Part shown: positions 1 to 14,319 of the stretch, one piece after another
How positions within the stretch are numbered: position 1 is the first letter of the stretch
Layout: every line of letters begins with the position of its first letter
Source of the DNA: Kudoa neothunni
Taxonomy: Eukaryota; Animalia; Cnidaria
DNA length: 64,000 nucleotides
Direction: 5' to 3'
NCBI GenBank assembly: GCA_964304625.1
Contig: OZ199838.1
Location: forward strand, 13,025,843 to 13,089,842
Made by a program: the position numbers and the translations under genes
The notes under the pieces: generated by a model
Databases searched by the model: none
Seen by the model: the letters and a program-made list of their open reading frames with translations, nothing else
Told to the model about the DNA's origin: nothing

Positions 1-731
1 ATCGCATTCGAATTTGGTAGCACGATAAAGATGATGGTTATAGTGAACATAGTTGGGATTATTGCTTGATAAAATATTGACGTCGGTCGAAGATGATGGA
101 AAAGATAGTGATGAAATGTTCTTATTGGAGTGTGAATTGTTATTCTATATAAACTGGAATCTATGTGTACACGTTTTAAAAATTATACCTTAAGAATAGT
201 TGTTAGATCAGGATTATTTATAGTAGTATTGAATGATTCGTCACTAGGTACAACCGATAAAAATAGACAGGGGCACAATGCAGCAGAAATTACATAATTT
301 GTTCAATAAATGCATTGCTGGAATCCACATCAATGTGGCTTGAGTCTTCTGGGGTATTTAAACAGGTTTCAATTAACTCTTTGCCACTCTCCGAAGTTAA
401 CATCGGTTTGAGCTTGTCTGTAGCATAAGTATAAACATGACCCGAATCCGATGCCAATAAAACCATTGCTTGCGAGTTGGTCAACATGTGTAATTCATAC
501 ACCTACACAATTCCAGCACGATATTTATAATTGGATAATGGTACAGCTGATATTGTACCTTTTTAATAATGTTAGTTTTCCTTTTGCTAAAAGTCACTTT
601 ACGCCGATTTGGACATTCGATGAACTTTAGCTGGATTTTTTGTTTTCCTTTCGTTTTTTTCTTTCCCACATCTACAATAACATAATTTATTATTGCTATG
701 GAATTAATAGGTAACAACAGCTAGAGTTCAT
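1..731 (-). CDS. SRF: Serum response factor (type I MADS-box transcription factor); 3' end runs off the window
   Basis: KKTKGKQKIQLKFIECPNRRKVTFSKRKTNIIKK joins across a 56-nt GT-AG intron (503-558) to VYELHMLTNSQAMVLLASDSGHVYTYATDKLKPMLTSESGKELIETCLNTPE, matching the SRF MADS plus SAM domain. The start at 731 (MNSS, intron 672-718) is inferred. Confidence 0.9.
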
Positions 732-2456
732 TGGAATGCAAACGGTAGCGTTCGTAACCCTTGATAAAACGACTGCAACCGATTAAAGTTCCATTACAGT
801 TTTCCTCTTTGAAGTTTTGTTTTTGTATAGTTATTTGGCTTAGATAATACATTAACTATTTATCGGTTACTCTTACGATACTGCACTTAATGTATGTGGT
901 TTTCTAATTATTTACGCTTTAAGTTTATTTTCTCTTCTAAATTTATTTATTTATTTTGTAAATGATCAAACAATAAGAAATTTTTTCAATTTGTTTTTAA
1001 ATTTTACGAAAGTTTATTTTTTATTGCATTCATCAAATCTTTAAATCCCGCTATATAAAACAAGTACGTATTTAATTATTGGGACTTCAAGTTCGACAAC
1101 TGATTTGCAAGTGTGTTTATTGCAAATATAACAAAATCTTTAGAAATTTATGTTAATTTAACAAAACACAATTTAATGTGTACTTCTTGCTCAAAAAGTT
1201 AAGTTAATTGGCCGATATCTGGCGTTATTGAGAGATCAAGTGCTAATGTTAATCCTTCCTGTCCACAGCGGGATATTACGTAGCCTCAAAAATAACTATT
1301 TGGTTTATAACTCATAGAAACCTTATTTATCTATTATAATATTTTTTTTTGCTTCTTAATAAATTTTAAACAAAATGAGGTTTAAATTTATGTTTTTAAG
1401 ATAAAAAATATTGCCGCACAAAATGGCGCCTTAACAAAAATTTGTGTTAACGTTCGAATATCGCTGTCTGATTTAGTTATATTGTTTATTTAATTATTTT
1501 TCATATTTTTATATTAATAGTGTAATTATACTATGATTATAAATGTTAAATTTTTACTGTGGTATGATTGTTTGGAGATTTGCGAAAGTTAATCCCACAA
1601 TATTATGTTAATCTTGCGACGGTGGCAGATTGGTTGTACAATATTTCAGGTTAGTTATTCAGTTATGTAAGATAAAAATGTAACAAATTGTGGTATAAGA
1701 AATCAGCAAGCAGCATACATACGAAGTCTCGCTTCAATGTGATACAAAATCCGATTATATTATATCGACAACCAACGAAAATTGTTTTCGAATGTGTGAT
1801 TGATCTTTGGTAGCATCATGATACGTGCTAAAATTTTTTTTTTGAAAGTCCAGACTTAGATTATGGATCATGTCTACAAAACTATTATCATGGTTTGAAG
1901 TTGAACGATTTTAAGCCGCGTGCTTGTTCTTATGTAAAAAATGATGCGGTTGACAATATTTTTTGTAACAAAGTGCATGAAAATTCAGTTTAATTTTGGA
2001 TTTCATTAGCTCAACTCAATATTATAAATTAATTTATCGAGCTGTAAGCGCAATAAAATTCCCTCAACATTGTTTTTTTCTGGGTTCAATGAGTGACCCC
2101 ACATCGGCATCGGATGAATTTTTTTGCGCTCAGCAATACTCAGTACGGGGAGGATTAACTTTCCACTGAATTTGATATTGGCAGGCATGACATTTTTATA
2201 ACAATTAAACTTGGTGTTTTCGTTGGAAACTCGCGAATTAAGTGGTGAAATTTAATTCAATTCAATTTTAGCCTATAAATACCATTTTTCAACTAAACAT
2301 CATTTTCTCTAAATAATTTAGAGAGAAACGCATACAACTAAAACGAAACGAATGGTAATGGGGTTTTTAATAAGCTGATTTTAATATTTAAAATAAGAAA
2401 TTTATTTTAGATATAAGAATTAAATAAATTATTCAACGATGTAATTGAACCAATTA

Positions 2457-2690
2457 TTGGCGGGGCTATTCGCATGGTAAATTTTCATCCTAAACGGCAT
2501 GATGTGTGCGCGTTGCAATTTTACATCTCATCAACCTTGATTCACAAGCTTTATAAAAATATAATCTTTTAGTATCTTCTATATTTAATAATTTCTGGAC
2601 TGTCGATTCTTTTCTAGGGTCAGAAATAATTAAATATAATCAAAACTAGTGTCACCTGAATATTACTTATCATGAAAATAGCCACTTTTA
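2457..2690. mobile_element. ~230-bp MITE, family A, degenerate copy
   Basis: Colinear with 53041-53280: ggctatt...catggtaaa left end, internal cagaaataattaaata, aatagccac right end. Confidence 0.6.
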
Positions 2691-3063
2691 ATTCTTAATG
2701 TTAATTAATTTTGTATAGTAAATTCGTAATTACATCAAATAATTAAAAATCTTTTTTTTCTCAACAGTTTTAATATAAATTTTCTCGAGTGGTTAAAATA
2801 CATTTTTATTAATTTGGAAGCATAAGCAAATTTTTTGAATACCTCTCTAGAATGTTTGATGGAAGAAAACCAATTCATTTTGAATCGCACTTAAAATCCT
2901 TGATATATATTAAATGCAATGGTTAAAAATATTACCTTTATTCGATCTCACCGTTTTTTGAAAAATTATATTTTACACAGTACGCAAAGAAAAATGTGAG
3001 AGAGTAGTTGAAAAATAATATACCAATAAGTGATAAATAGATTACCAATGAACAAATAACACG

Positions 3064-4643
3064 TTAATTTTCCTTCAGGGTTGCCACTAACAGAACTAAA
3101 TCGAAGGGGCCGATTTCCAAAGTGGTATTGACGTAGCCATCTGAAACGATGTGACTGGAGATTATTTTTGAGTTTTGGGAAAGAAGTATTTCGTCGATGA
3201 TCAACTGTTTTCCAGTCAAATCATCCAGGTTCATATTCGAAAGAGTGGCGTTATTGGGGTTTGCCATTAATAGCAATCTACTTGTGGGCGATATTTTTCG
3301 TACAAAAGCCACCAATTTATCATTCAATGTCAATTTTGTCATTTCAAACCCATTCAGTTCATAATATTTAATGGAAAATGATTTTTTAACGCTCAAAAGT
3401 TGATGAATTGGTGAAGAATCATCTGTTCTCTTGGCAATCGCGTCAACAAACCCAGAGTGGTTAGTGTTAGTTAGTGGATTTGTTATCAGTTCTTCGCCAA
3501 CATTCAAAATCAGATTTCCTGGCGTGAATAGAGCCATCAGTAATTGTTTATCATATCCAATTTCATTGGATGTGTTATCTTCTTGAAAATTTGTAAGATC
3601 ATAATTAATTTTTTTAATTTAAGTTACTAATTTTAATTGTTAATTGTGGGGTCGCTGGGAGGGATTTTTGGTGTTTACTAGCAGCAGTGAAGATGGATAG
3701 GACCTTCCAATAGTTTTCAAAAAGATCTATCAAATTTTCAACATATGAGGCCTCACTGACAACGTTAACAAAAATTTCATCATTAGGTCGGCGTCTGGAG
3801 TTTGATAGATCATTCAAGTTAAATTCCGCTGAATCAAGATCTAATGCGGGTATGAAGATGATCCTTTCATCGAAGAAACCGAGATGTTCTTCGATGCGAT
3901 AAAGGGCTAAGGAATCACACAAATTGACAACTAAATCTTGTTTAATTTTAGGCAAATTATGAGAGTATACTGTGATTTTCATTAGATATGACTGAAATAG
4001 GGTCAAACGTGAATTTTCTTATATTTAATATCAGGTATTTGATAAAAGAATTTTTATAGCCACTAAGAAACTCACGCTCATTGATATCTAAAATGAAAGG
4101 TTGTAACAGTGGTTGATTATTGCTTTCGTAAAAATGAAGATCGGGCTGTAACATTGAAATATTTCTCCATGTGGGATGATTAATTTGGACCAAACACCAA
4201 TCGTCCACAAATAAATTGATGGACATGTTTAGTTGATGTGAAAATTCCATAATATTGGCTGCTGAGTTGTAGCCGATTTCATTATAGACGGCGTCAAAAG
4301 CAGTTTTAGAAATCACTAGAATTTCCACTCCTGACAAATACCAATTGTTCAGAATAAATTGATAGTTTTTTGCGATTTCGTACAATACAGTATCATCACC
4401 GATGTAAAATCCCAAACTGTTAGAATAGTTGAACGAGTATTTTTTGTTTTGATAGTTGATGTAATTTTGCAGCCATAATGAGTAACCAAAGCCCATCATA
4501 AACAACAAACCAAGGGCGCAAATCAAAATATAAATCCATTTTGAATTAAAAAAATAGGTACCAAATCTTCTGTTAGAACGCACGCTTCTTCTTGGTTTGT
4601 TTTCTGTGTTAATAGGTATATTTGGTTCTGGGTTGGAGGACAT
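3064..4643 (-). CDS. SLC3-like heavy chain (4F2hc/rBAT type): type II membrane protein with degenerate GH13 ectodomain; two apparent frameshifts (~3960, ~3615)
   Basis: Short basic N-tail, then one TM segment (WIYILICALGLLFMMGFGYSLWL). LLMALFTPGNLILNVGEEL resembles SLC3A2 LLFTLPGTPVFSYGDEI, and the C-terminus LEIGPFDLVLL resembles LEPHEGLLL. Three ORFs join by 1-nt shifts with no introns. Confidence 0.6.
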
Positions 4644-5406
4644 TCGATTCAAAAATACCACAGCAATCCTCTAAGGACTACTTTTATGTTCCGAACAAAT
4701 GATTTATTTGTTGTTTCTAAATATTCACATGGAGAATATTATTAACCTTAACCATAGCTATAACCATATGGCTCTGTTACAAATAGCCGATTTTAAATAC
4801 AGTTAAATAGGATCAAGTTATGATTTTTTGTGATAGAAGAAGGAGTTTATCTTGATTTTATTTACAAAGACAAATATTGGCGTATTGTGATAGAAAATAG
4901 AAAAATTTTTATTCTCCTTATTTCAAACTAATACACTCTTTTAGGTAGGAAATATTTTACAATATTTTATCAAGAATATTATTTTCATAAATTGGCTTGT
5001 TACAATGGAAATGATTTTTAACACCTAATCACAATAAACAAATAGAAGTATTTCACCTGCACAACAAACCTCAAGAACTGAGAGACTGAGTTCGAAATAA
5101 ACAAATATTGGACCTGTTTCATCTTGGTAATATAGCCGCAAAAAAACAACCAGATTTACAGAAACTTAAGTAAATTATCAAAAGGTTGCTAGTGGCTTGT
5201 ATTTTAATGGGAGACATTTCAATATAATTCAGGATAAATTCGACAAAAATTTCAACAATAACCACAACATCGACCAAACATTGAAATAATTGTAAAATAA
5301 ATAGGAATAGTTGTTTTTGTTGTGATCGCACAACAAAAAAGGGAGAAAAGCCCACTCACCACATCATCAAACAAATCCATATAGAAAGTTTATAAGATTC
5401 ATATCA

Positions 5407-7938
5407 CTAGAGTGCTCGTATAAAGTTATATTTACTGGCGTATTCCTAAACGGAAAAACAAAATAGAAACACCTTCGATAAAAAATAACAATTTAAAACC
5501 GGCTACACTAACAATCATTACACCACACATTTGGTGGGTTTTTTATAGTTTTTAACAATCAGAAACTTATAAATGTGTCTAACAATTTTTATCGGTGACT
5601 TTTTTGTCACCATCCACAACAACAACACCACCACTATCACAAGCATTGCTGCACAACCTTGTGTGTGTTGTAGTTGGGATGTTATGTGATAAAAAATAAA
5701 ACTTCTACCACTATACTAAATAATGCTTACAACTTTAATAAAATTACAATGGCTCAGCTTACATCGTCAACATTGTATTGTTCAAGTTCAGCTATCGTGT
5801 AGGGAGAGATAGTGGATCTGGTTAAACGAATATTTTCTGGCGAATAATAGTAGCGTAGAAACGCTAGCACCTCTTTTTTGTTCCATTGAATTGGTGGGAG
5901 AGAATAACCAGGCTGGGCTAAGTAGATTTCAGTCGGCTGAAGATTTGTCACATTATGACACTTGGGGCAGGTGGAATTGTGAGGAAATTGTATTTTGGGA
6001 TGAAGAGGATCGGCAGATTCATCAAATCGAAGTCTACTATTTACGGTGTTGTGTTTGTTCCAGAAATATAACACAGCTTCCTCATTGCTGCTCACCTCAT
6101 CCATAACTGTGCTGGTAAGGTAGAGAAAGTGGCTTCTGCAGTAGTCACACGTAAAAAAATTATCAATATATGTACGCACAGCGACCAGCACATTCACAGC
6201 ATTTATTGGTATTTGAGGCCTTTCGTTTTCACATGTGGTAACCATCGTGTGGAAGAGTACCCACAGTGAACATGGAAATCCGCGGAACATCTCAGTACTT
6301 CCCTTACAGTTGTGCCAGAGGGGTTTCACAGGAAACACTTCTCTCATCTACACAATAAACGACTCAATCTTCCCGTCACACCAACAAACTAACATGTACA
6401 AATACCTCAGGAGTGTTAACCATATCGTAAAAGGTGGACACGTTCACGTCCTTGGTAGTACTATTTAAAGTGTTGGTAATTCCGTCCAGCTGTTCACGAT
6501 GTTCCTTCGACCATGGAATGCATTTCGATACTACATGAATAAAGTTGACCGCAACAGGTCGGGACCTTGTTGTCCCAAATTTTTCGCTCCAATTTCATTA
6601 CGTAATGAATATGAAATGGCTCCAATGAGATCATCGATGCTAATCTCAGCAACTGCCACCTCATCCACATCCAAATTAGCAGAAGAGTTTCTGATTTTAG
6701 ATCCCAACTCATCATTCATCATCGACAACGAATACAAAGCAGCAGCGTCGGGGCACAGGTAGGAGAAATGGCGATAAATATCCCGACGAACTTTCGATGT
6801 ATTTAAAGGATCACTAAATTAAGCAACCACAATAACTCAAATTTGTATTATGAGGAATCTTTTTTTCCGAAGAGGGAAATACCTTGGAGATATGACCGTG
6901 AAATTATCACGAAATCTTACTGCTATAATCAGGGAGACTTTTGAATGTTGAACATTTTGTAAAATTCACTCTATAAACAATGTGATCAATCCATATTGAA
7001 AAATGATTCTTTCACAATAATTACATTGGCGTCAGAAACTTTGTAAACCGAGAAGTTTTTGCACATGGATGTATCAATCAGCAACTAAAATCAAAATTAA
7101 AAACTTACAATAATCATACTACTATCAATAAACTCACTTTTAATGATATCATATCCGAGGAATCATCCCCGAAAATTATAAACATAACTCCAGTTCCATT
7201 TTTCTCGTATAATTTATTCAAATCGTTCTCACTAGATTGATTGGAGTAATAAATTGGAACCAACTCGATCAAACCACAATCTACATACTTCAATTCTTTT
7301 ACCGTATACATATTAACATCAGGTGTGGAACTTAGGATCAACTCTTGAGCTAATTTTCTAAGTGCATTCATCGATTTTCCACCATCATATTCTAAGGCGG
7401 CAATCAATCGTTGAAAACACTTTTTTTTTAAATTTTCCGAAAAATTTACTTTTGACATTATCGCAGTTGCCTTTGGTGACTGGAACATTCGATCTCACAG
7501 TCTATTACACCACATTATAACTTTTCTATTTAAAAATATTTACCTTAATAGTTGGAAAGCGATCTACTCCAAAAAGAGAGCATATCTTTTGAGCGCCTTC
7601 GTTGGCACAATTGATGGTGGCAAACGATATATTGTGAACTATTCGCACACACACGCACAAATACCAATACATTATTACTCGACAAAAACATGCTTACATC
7701 GATATTCTTTCGCAACCGCCGTAAAAATAGGAGCAAATCTCTGGCAGTGTGAACACCAACCAACGTAAAAAACGACTATCGCTGGTTTGGTCCTATTGTG
7801 CAAACTATCAACCAAAGTGTCCTTGTCCAATATCAACACAGAATCATCCGGACGATACAAAGATAAATCTTTGGAAGGAATCCATGAAAATACCCCCAAA
7901 AAGTGAAAAACGAAAAAAGCTTTAACTATATCAATCAT
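5407..7938 (-). CDS. QSOX: Quiescin sulfhydryl oxidase (thioredoxin plus ERV/ALR domains), multi-exon
   Basis: Signal peptide; Trx motif FYVGWCSHCQRFAP; spliced exon INCANEGAQKICSLFGVDRFPTIK; CKGS..RGFPCSLWVLFH; ERV FFTCDYCRSHF; WNKHNTVNSRL; DPLHPKIQFP..CPKC. The 3' exons and the stop at 5407 are tentative. Confidence 0.92.
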
Positions 7939-10041
7939 TGCTTAGTTTAGGTCGCTTAACCACCTAGAACTCGACGGACGTTGAATACAATACAGCTATG
8001 ATAGACGCTATAAATCGGTTCAAATGATCACAATTTTGGGTAACACCTTAAAATTTCCGTGCTATTCAATAATCTTTTGGACGACTTAAATTAACAACTT
8101 GAGAATAACACGATTCAAGTAATCAATAGATACGTTATTATCTCTTTATGTGAGCGGCGTGATTATTTTAAACGTATTAGACCCATCCTGGAGGGATATA
8201 TATTCAAATAATAAACTAACCTAATTCACGTAAGATTAACTAGGTTTCAAACCACAATATGCATATCTAGTTGTCGCTATTTCAGATTGTATATTTTCTA
8301 AATACAACCCCTCAATTACGTTCAATTTTTAGAAAAATTAATTATTTATAATTAATAATTAACATATAATATCTAAAAAGGAACTCTCCAAACAGATTAT
8401 CCATTAATATTCACCTTTCAAATCCCAGCTGAGCTCGTCAAAGATCGCGAGATTATTTCATGTGAAAACATGTCTCCCTTTTTCATAAATAATATGAAGT
8501 CAGTTTTTAACACCTACTTATTTATAATCTAAAAATTTTTACATTTTCATATTATATTTGAAACCCGAATATTACATTTCTGTAGAATCAGTTTAGTTTA
8601 GTAATGGAGTTCGGGTCGACTCGGTTCAATTCAATAATAACCTTTTTGAGGTCAAAACTTGTTCCGACAAAATTCATTATAGTTGTTCATCATCGCCATC
8701 AAAATATTTTAAGTTTCTTGTTATTTTTACCTTTTTATGTATAGCGCAAGTAACAAACCAGGACGTGTATACGAATGACAATGAGGCACCACAATTATGG
8801 TAAATTTTCCGAAGGCATGCCGTCATGTTAATCGTATACAAAAAGGTTAATAACATCACTGATTAATGTTCATCGCGTGTTCAGTTGTCCCTTAAGTATC
8901 CATAATATGGCATATGGAATAAGAAAAATTATTAGGACATTGCCAGTTGTGTTTAAAATGCAAGTCACATGTGTTATGCGTTGTAATTCCACAGAACTTT
9001 ACTCAGCCAAAAATTTTTATCATTAGTAAAATGCTTATTGTGGCGACGCTTGCGGATTTACGCTCTAATGAAGACACACTTTTAATTGTAATTGTTGAGC
9101 GTTTTCTATATGATAAGTAAATAATAATCGTTATGGTTAAAATGTAAAATAGTGGCCACATTTTCCGATCAAAGATTGTAATTAGTTCGTAGATTAATCC
9201 TGAAAATTTTTATCAAATTAACACGTAATGCTCGCAGAAAATGTGAATTTCTTACTCTTACAAGTGTAAGAATTAATAATAGGCAGTCGTTAATGATGAA
9301 AATATGACAATCGATAAATAATCATAGTTGTCACTCAAATTTTAGGATAAATAAAGCATGCCTTTACTCCATCGATTAAATGGTATGACTTATGGAAATA
9401 ACTACGAGGGGCTAGCAGTTATTTAAAGGATATATTACAGCAACTATTATCGATAACAAATACAATGTCGCAAATAACCTACTGATGGTGAAACAACGAT
9501 AAATACAAAAAATTTGAATAATCAACAGGTTCGATTTTTATCGTGGTCGCTGATTTGGATTACGGCACTATACTACATTTCAACCGTCGTAATATATTAT
9601 ATTCCCCTTAATAGTATATAATGGAGGTTAATGGATATAGGATCCGTGATAATGCTGCTTGATATCATGAAATGAAGAAAAATTTTAAATTTTTGTCTTA
9701 AGTTAATATATTTTAATTAGAAACAATTGAGAAAAGATGATAAAACCAGTGGTCAACTCGGTGCGACGCATGCTACACATATAGAATGCCATTCGTATTC
9801 AAAATTCGTCAACAATATTTACTGCTTACCAAACACCATTTTTTTGATAAATATTCAAAATAGAAAACAGAGAAAATTTCGCACTTTTATATAAATATTA
9901 AATTTCGAAACGCATTTTTTAAATAATTTAAAATTTAATAATATACAATATTATTGAATTATTTTATTTTTTCTCTATCTCTTGCACATTTCATTCACGA
10001 GAAAACATGAGAAATTATTAAAGACCCACCATGATATAAAA

Positions 10042-12900
10042 CAGGGGTTCTCAACCGTTTTTTTAAATTTACTCCTTCGGACTGATTAAAAATCCGAATT
10101 TGCCGTCTTAATTTGAAAAACTAAATTCACATCTATTTTAAGGTTTTATATTAAATTGGAGAAGGCAGAGATTATTGGCTGGATTAATTATCACCCTAAA
10201 TGAGATGAACGATTGCAATGTGAAAATTCATAATCCTAGCAACTCTTACTCACAATCTATATACAGATTTAATTTTTTAGAATCTGTTATGTTTATTTAT
10301 TCCTGGTCCATTTCTTCGCAGTTAAGACGACAAATAATTAAATATAGTAAAAACTAAGGACATTTAAAAATTATTTATCATGCAAATAACCACTTTAACC
10401 TTCCTCGCGCCCCAAAAACACTATACATTTGGTGTTTTGGGGTCTAGTAGACCCCCATGTTTTTATTGGTTCCATTTGCCTGTAAAAATTGTAATAAAAT
10501 TATGTTCAATATTTTAAAAAAAAATCTATCGAAAAGTTTCAAAATTATCATAATAAAAATTTCTTACGAGGTAGAACGATATTCGCCGAGAACACATATA
10601 ATCTTACCATTCGTTAAATTCTGAGTTTTATGGATTGTCCAAATCATTTTAATTCCTATTTTTAGCGCTAATAAAAAATTATGAAATGTTTGAAACATAA
10701 AAATGTATACTACTAAATAAATTGAGTTATTTATTGATCTCTAATGAACAATTAAAACAAACGGATTGTGAATGTTGCTCACAGTATTGCCTGTGAGCAT
10801 ACAATACAGGTGTTTCTTGATTTTCTGTCACTATTTCTTGAACATAAGTAGCATCTTTTTCTGAATTTTTATAAGTTTTCGTTAGTTTTATTAAACGTTT
10901 CTGTTGGAATATTAGGTCGTTTAGTGTTCAAAAACGGTTTGACAAGGCTCATCTGCTAAATTCTCGAGGAATTTGGGATCTTGTAATTTTATTGTCATTT
11001 AATGCGACTTTATAAATGTCAAATTCATTAATTAAACTCATATCTAAGATATTGAAGAAAACCACTGTTGGCCAACGATTTGAATACCTCTTAACGCCAG
11101 TTGACGCGAGTATTCTATTAATGACATCCAGCTTTCTATATATATCATTATATAAATTGGTATTATTTGTTGACGTTGCCAACATTAAAACCGCCTTATT
11201 TTTTTGTACATATGATAGCAGCATTTTCTTATCATTAAAAAGAAAACGTGATGTTTATAAATCCCTGGATCTATTCGCTTTCATTACCTCAGGAATAGCT
11301 CGTTTATTAGATCTGATGGTACCAAACATTATGAGTCCAAGTTTTAACACTTATCGGAGAGGGGAATTGAGGTAAAAAAATTGTCGAAAACAATATTCCT
11401 ACCATTAGATTCTAAATAGAAAACGAGATCCAGTACAACAATCTCTCCCTAAGCATTTAACCCTTTGATTATTGACTTTACCTAGGTAAACGGACCATAT
11501 TATGACAATATTAGTTTCAGGATTAACCAACAAAAAAAATTTGATGCCATAAACCGCCGGCTTTGAAGGCATATACTGCCTAAATGGGCATTTACCACTA
11601 GAATCTACTAATTGCTCATCGACAGTTAGGTCTGCATGAGGAATCAGGGCATTTGACAGTACCCCTTTCCAATTCTCAAAAATTTCTCGAATTAGGCAAA
11701 ACTTATCGCCTTCTCTTCGCTGAAGTCTCGTTTCAAAGTCACCAAAATGTAGAGCCCTTGTTATTTTAACAAATCTACGTAAAGGTACTATTGTACGAAA
11801 TATCGGTCCACCTTTGTTTACACTCCATAAGGATTCAATAGATTCTAGTTTAGATTTATAAGTCGCCATGTATACAAGAATGCCAATGTAAGCACGAAAC
11901 TCTAAACATGATAGCTCATTCCACGATTCAAGATAATGTTGAAATCCAAATTTCTTTGTATTTCTGACAATAATATCGTAGAAAGTGATGTCTAAAAATA
12001 TACATAGGATGTCAACTAACACTATTATTCTGTTCATTGCATAGGCGGTAATGCCCGGAGCTTTATACGTTATGTTCTCCTTCCGTGTTTTGGAAGATGT
12101 GGATATTTCGGTAGACCATGACTCGTTAATTTTTATTTACGTACACAGAAGGTGTATTGACACATACATTATCATCAGAATCGGATGATAATAATTCTAA
12201 ATCACTATATTCTTCAGTGTCAAGGATTTCATTGAAATCGCTATCATTTTCACTGGAAAACATATAATCGTAGCCACTTACGTCTTAGAATCGGGCAATG
12301 TTTGACACTGCTCACAAGCCGTCCGTATATTTGATTCTTTAATTTCTAGTTACTTAATTGATATAATTTCTTAGATTTTTAATTAAAAAACATTTTTCTT
12401 CACTTTTTGGTGAAATAAAATGGTGGGGTCTAATAGGCCCCAAAAGTACCAAGTGAATAAAAATTGTTTGTTTTATCACCAAGATAATTTTTTAAAAATT
12501 TATTTAAGCATTGTAGAAAAGTAGTATTTTTGGAAAAATAGACGGCATCTCAAAGGTTCTCTGTATCAGGGAATGCATTAAAATATCATTCCAACAAGCT
12601 CTGGGATCTAATAGATCTCAGAATCGCTCGGAACGTTAAGTACTATTGGGCTGCATCTTTGAATGATTAAAGTGACTGTTTCTAGTTTTATAAATAGCCG
12701 TTAAATACTATTCCTAAAAAATTTTTTAAGTGTTTCTGCAAACATCTTAACTGAGTTTAATAGCCCTTGAATAATAAACTCCTTAGATATCCATACGAGC
12801 ATAATAAACCGCATTATGCAGAAATTCCCCCATGTCCCAATTTGGATGTCACTTAATTCGTCACCTATATTCAAAATTTAACCCTAGTTGAAAACCTTTG
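10042..12900. mobile_element. Non-autonomous hAT (Buster/Charlie-type) element, split by a piggyBac insertion
   Basis: Left TIR CAGGGGTTCTCAACC; degenerate right end ctagttgaaaacctttg with subterminal sequence homologous to 25921-25969; TSD ATATAAAA/ATATACAA (7/8 match). Confidence 0.75.
10399..12635 (-). mobile_element. piggyBac transposon with decayed transposase
   Basis: TTAA at 10395-10398 and 12636-12639; ends CCTTCCTCGCG / CGCTCGGAACG; palindromic internal repeats GGGGTCTAGTAGACCCC. Transposase fragments LTVDEQL..CPFRQYMPSKPAVYGIKF, VFDNFF, RWPTVVFFNILD and a C-terminal Cys-rich domain (RCYLC), all frameshifted. Confidence 0.92.
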
Positions 12901-13045
12901 ATATACAAAATTTATTATTTTACCAATCAAACGTGATCCATTTTATTTAATATCATTATTTTAATTAAACAAATTATCACCTCATTCAAATATTAGACAA
13001 TAAATTGAAATCATTAACTTTAGATTTTTTCTGAATTATTCAGAA

Positions 13046-14057
13046 CAGCGATTCTTAACTTGGGTTTGGCAAATAAATTTCATACTTAGGATTAGACCTA
13101 GACTTCACCTTTATCACTACAGTTTAGCATTAAAATATTATTTACAATGTTTTTTTAAAATGAAAAAAGTATTCGAATCCCAAGACTAATTATAATACAT
13201 TAAAATTTGGGAAGTTGCTATTGTTGCGGACAGTAACAATCAGGTAGGATTAGTTTTTACTATATTTATTTCTGACATTTGAATGTGTAATTTTTAGTCA
13301 GAAATAAATAGTAATATCTGATTCCAACAAATTCCGCTATTTATATTATCTATAAATACAAGTTTTTTAACTTCAACATGAAGTGCGCACGCATTAACTT
13401 AATTTAGGATTAAATGTATCCCATTTCTATAGTCACATCCTAAAATTAATTACAAAATATGTTACAATGACTGGATTTGGAAATTCTTCTTTAAGATAAA
13501 TATAATTCGGTGACATCTAAAAGATTAAAACTCGCTGATTTTAGGTAATATTCAGTCAGAATCTTAAGTAATTAAGTTTCCAATATGTGCATGTACACAA
13601 GCATAACACACTACTCACGAATATTTAAATTTATCGTACTCGTTTGAACAAATATAATAGTGTTTAACCACTAATCATTTTCGAGCGCAAGCGCAAAAGC
13701 GTGCATGTGCAAACATTTTAGAAAAGATTTAGAAAAATTTACCTTTCACTACGAGATTAGAGAATTTTGTTGCGCTCAAAATATTCAGAAAACGTAAAAC
13801 ATATAATAAAAAAATTGTGGTTACCAAACACGTGAAACAATAAATAATTAAATTTAACTACACTACATCATTAATAATTAAATACAGCAAAATTATTTTT
13901 ATTTATTTCAAAAGGGTGTCATATTGTTGAAAAATAGAATGTCAAAAGTTGATTATGATAACCGATTTTAGCCCATAACGAACAAATCCGAAGTATTAAT
14001 TAGCACTCAAAATAACGTTAAATGCTTAACAGCGTAGAATTTCTATAAGAATCGCTT
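13046..14057. mobile_element. Possible old hAT MITE
   Basis: CAGCGATTCTTA ... TAAGAATCGCTT inverted ends (11/12 match); no clear TSD. Confidence 0.35.
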
Positions 14058-14319
14058 TATTGATATTTAAAATTTTCAAAAAATTATACTTAATATGGTA
14101 ATTAATGTAGTAACTCGGTGTAAAATTTCCATAAATTTGACCCTGAATATGAGTTATCGAATCCATCTATCAACCTTATATGTATATGTGTATACATATA
14201 CATATAAGCCGAAAATAATATTTAAATTGAATAATTTTCCATAATCATTTCAGTAGTTCGAATGATAGCGAAAGGGGAGGGTACACGGGGGCAGCCGAAA
14301 CAGTACCATTAATACGAAG

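Noticed and set aside
2006-2188. 60-aa ORF, faintly integrase-like
   Set aside because: No complete HHCC or DDE motif and no convincing termini.
8600-9070. Possible transposase remnant
   Set aside because: Only vague motif resemblance; no TIR or TSD found.
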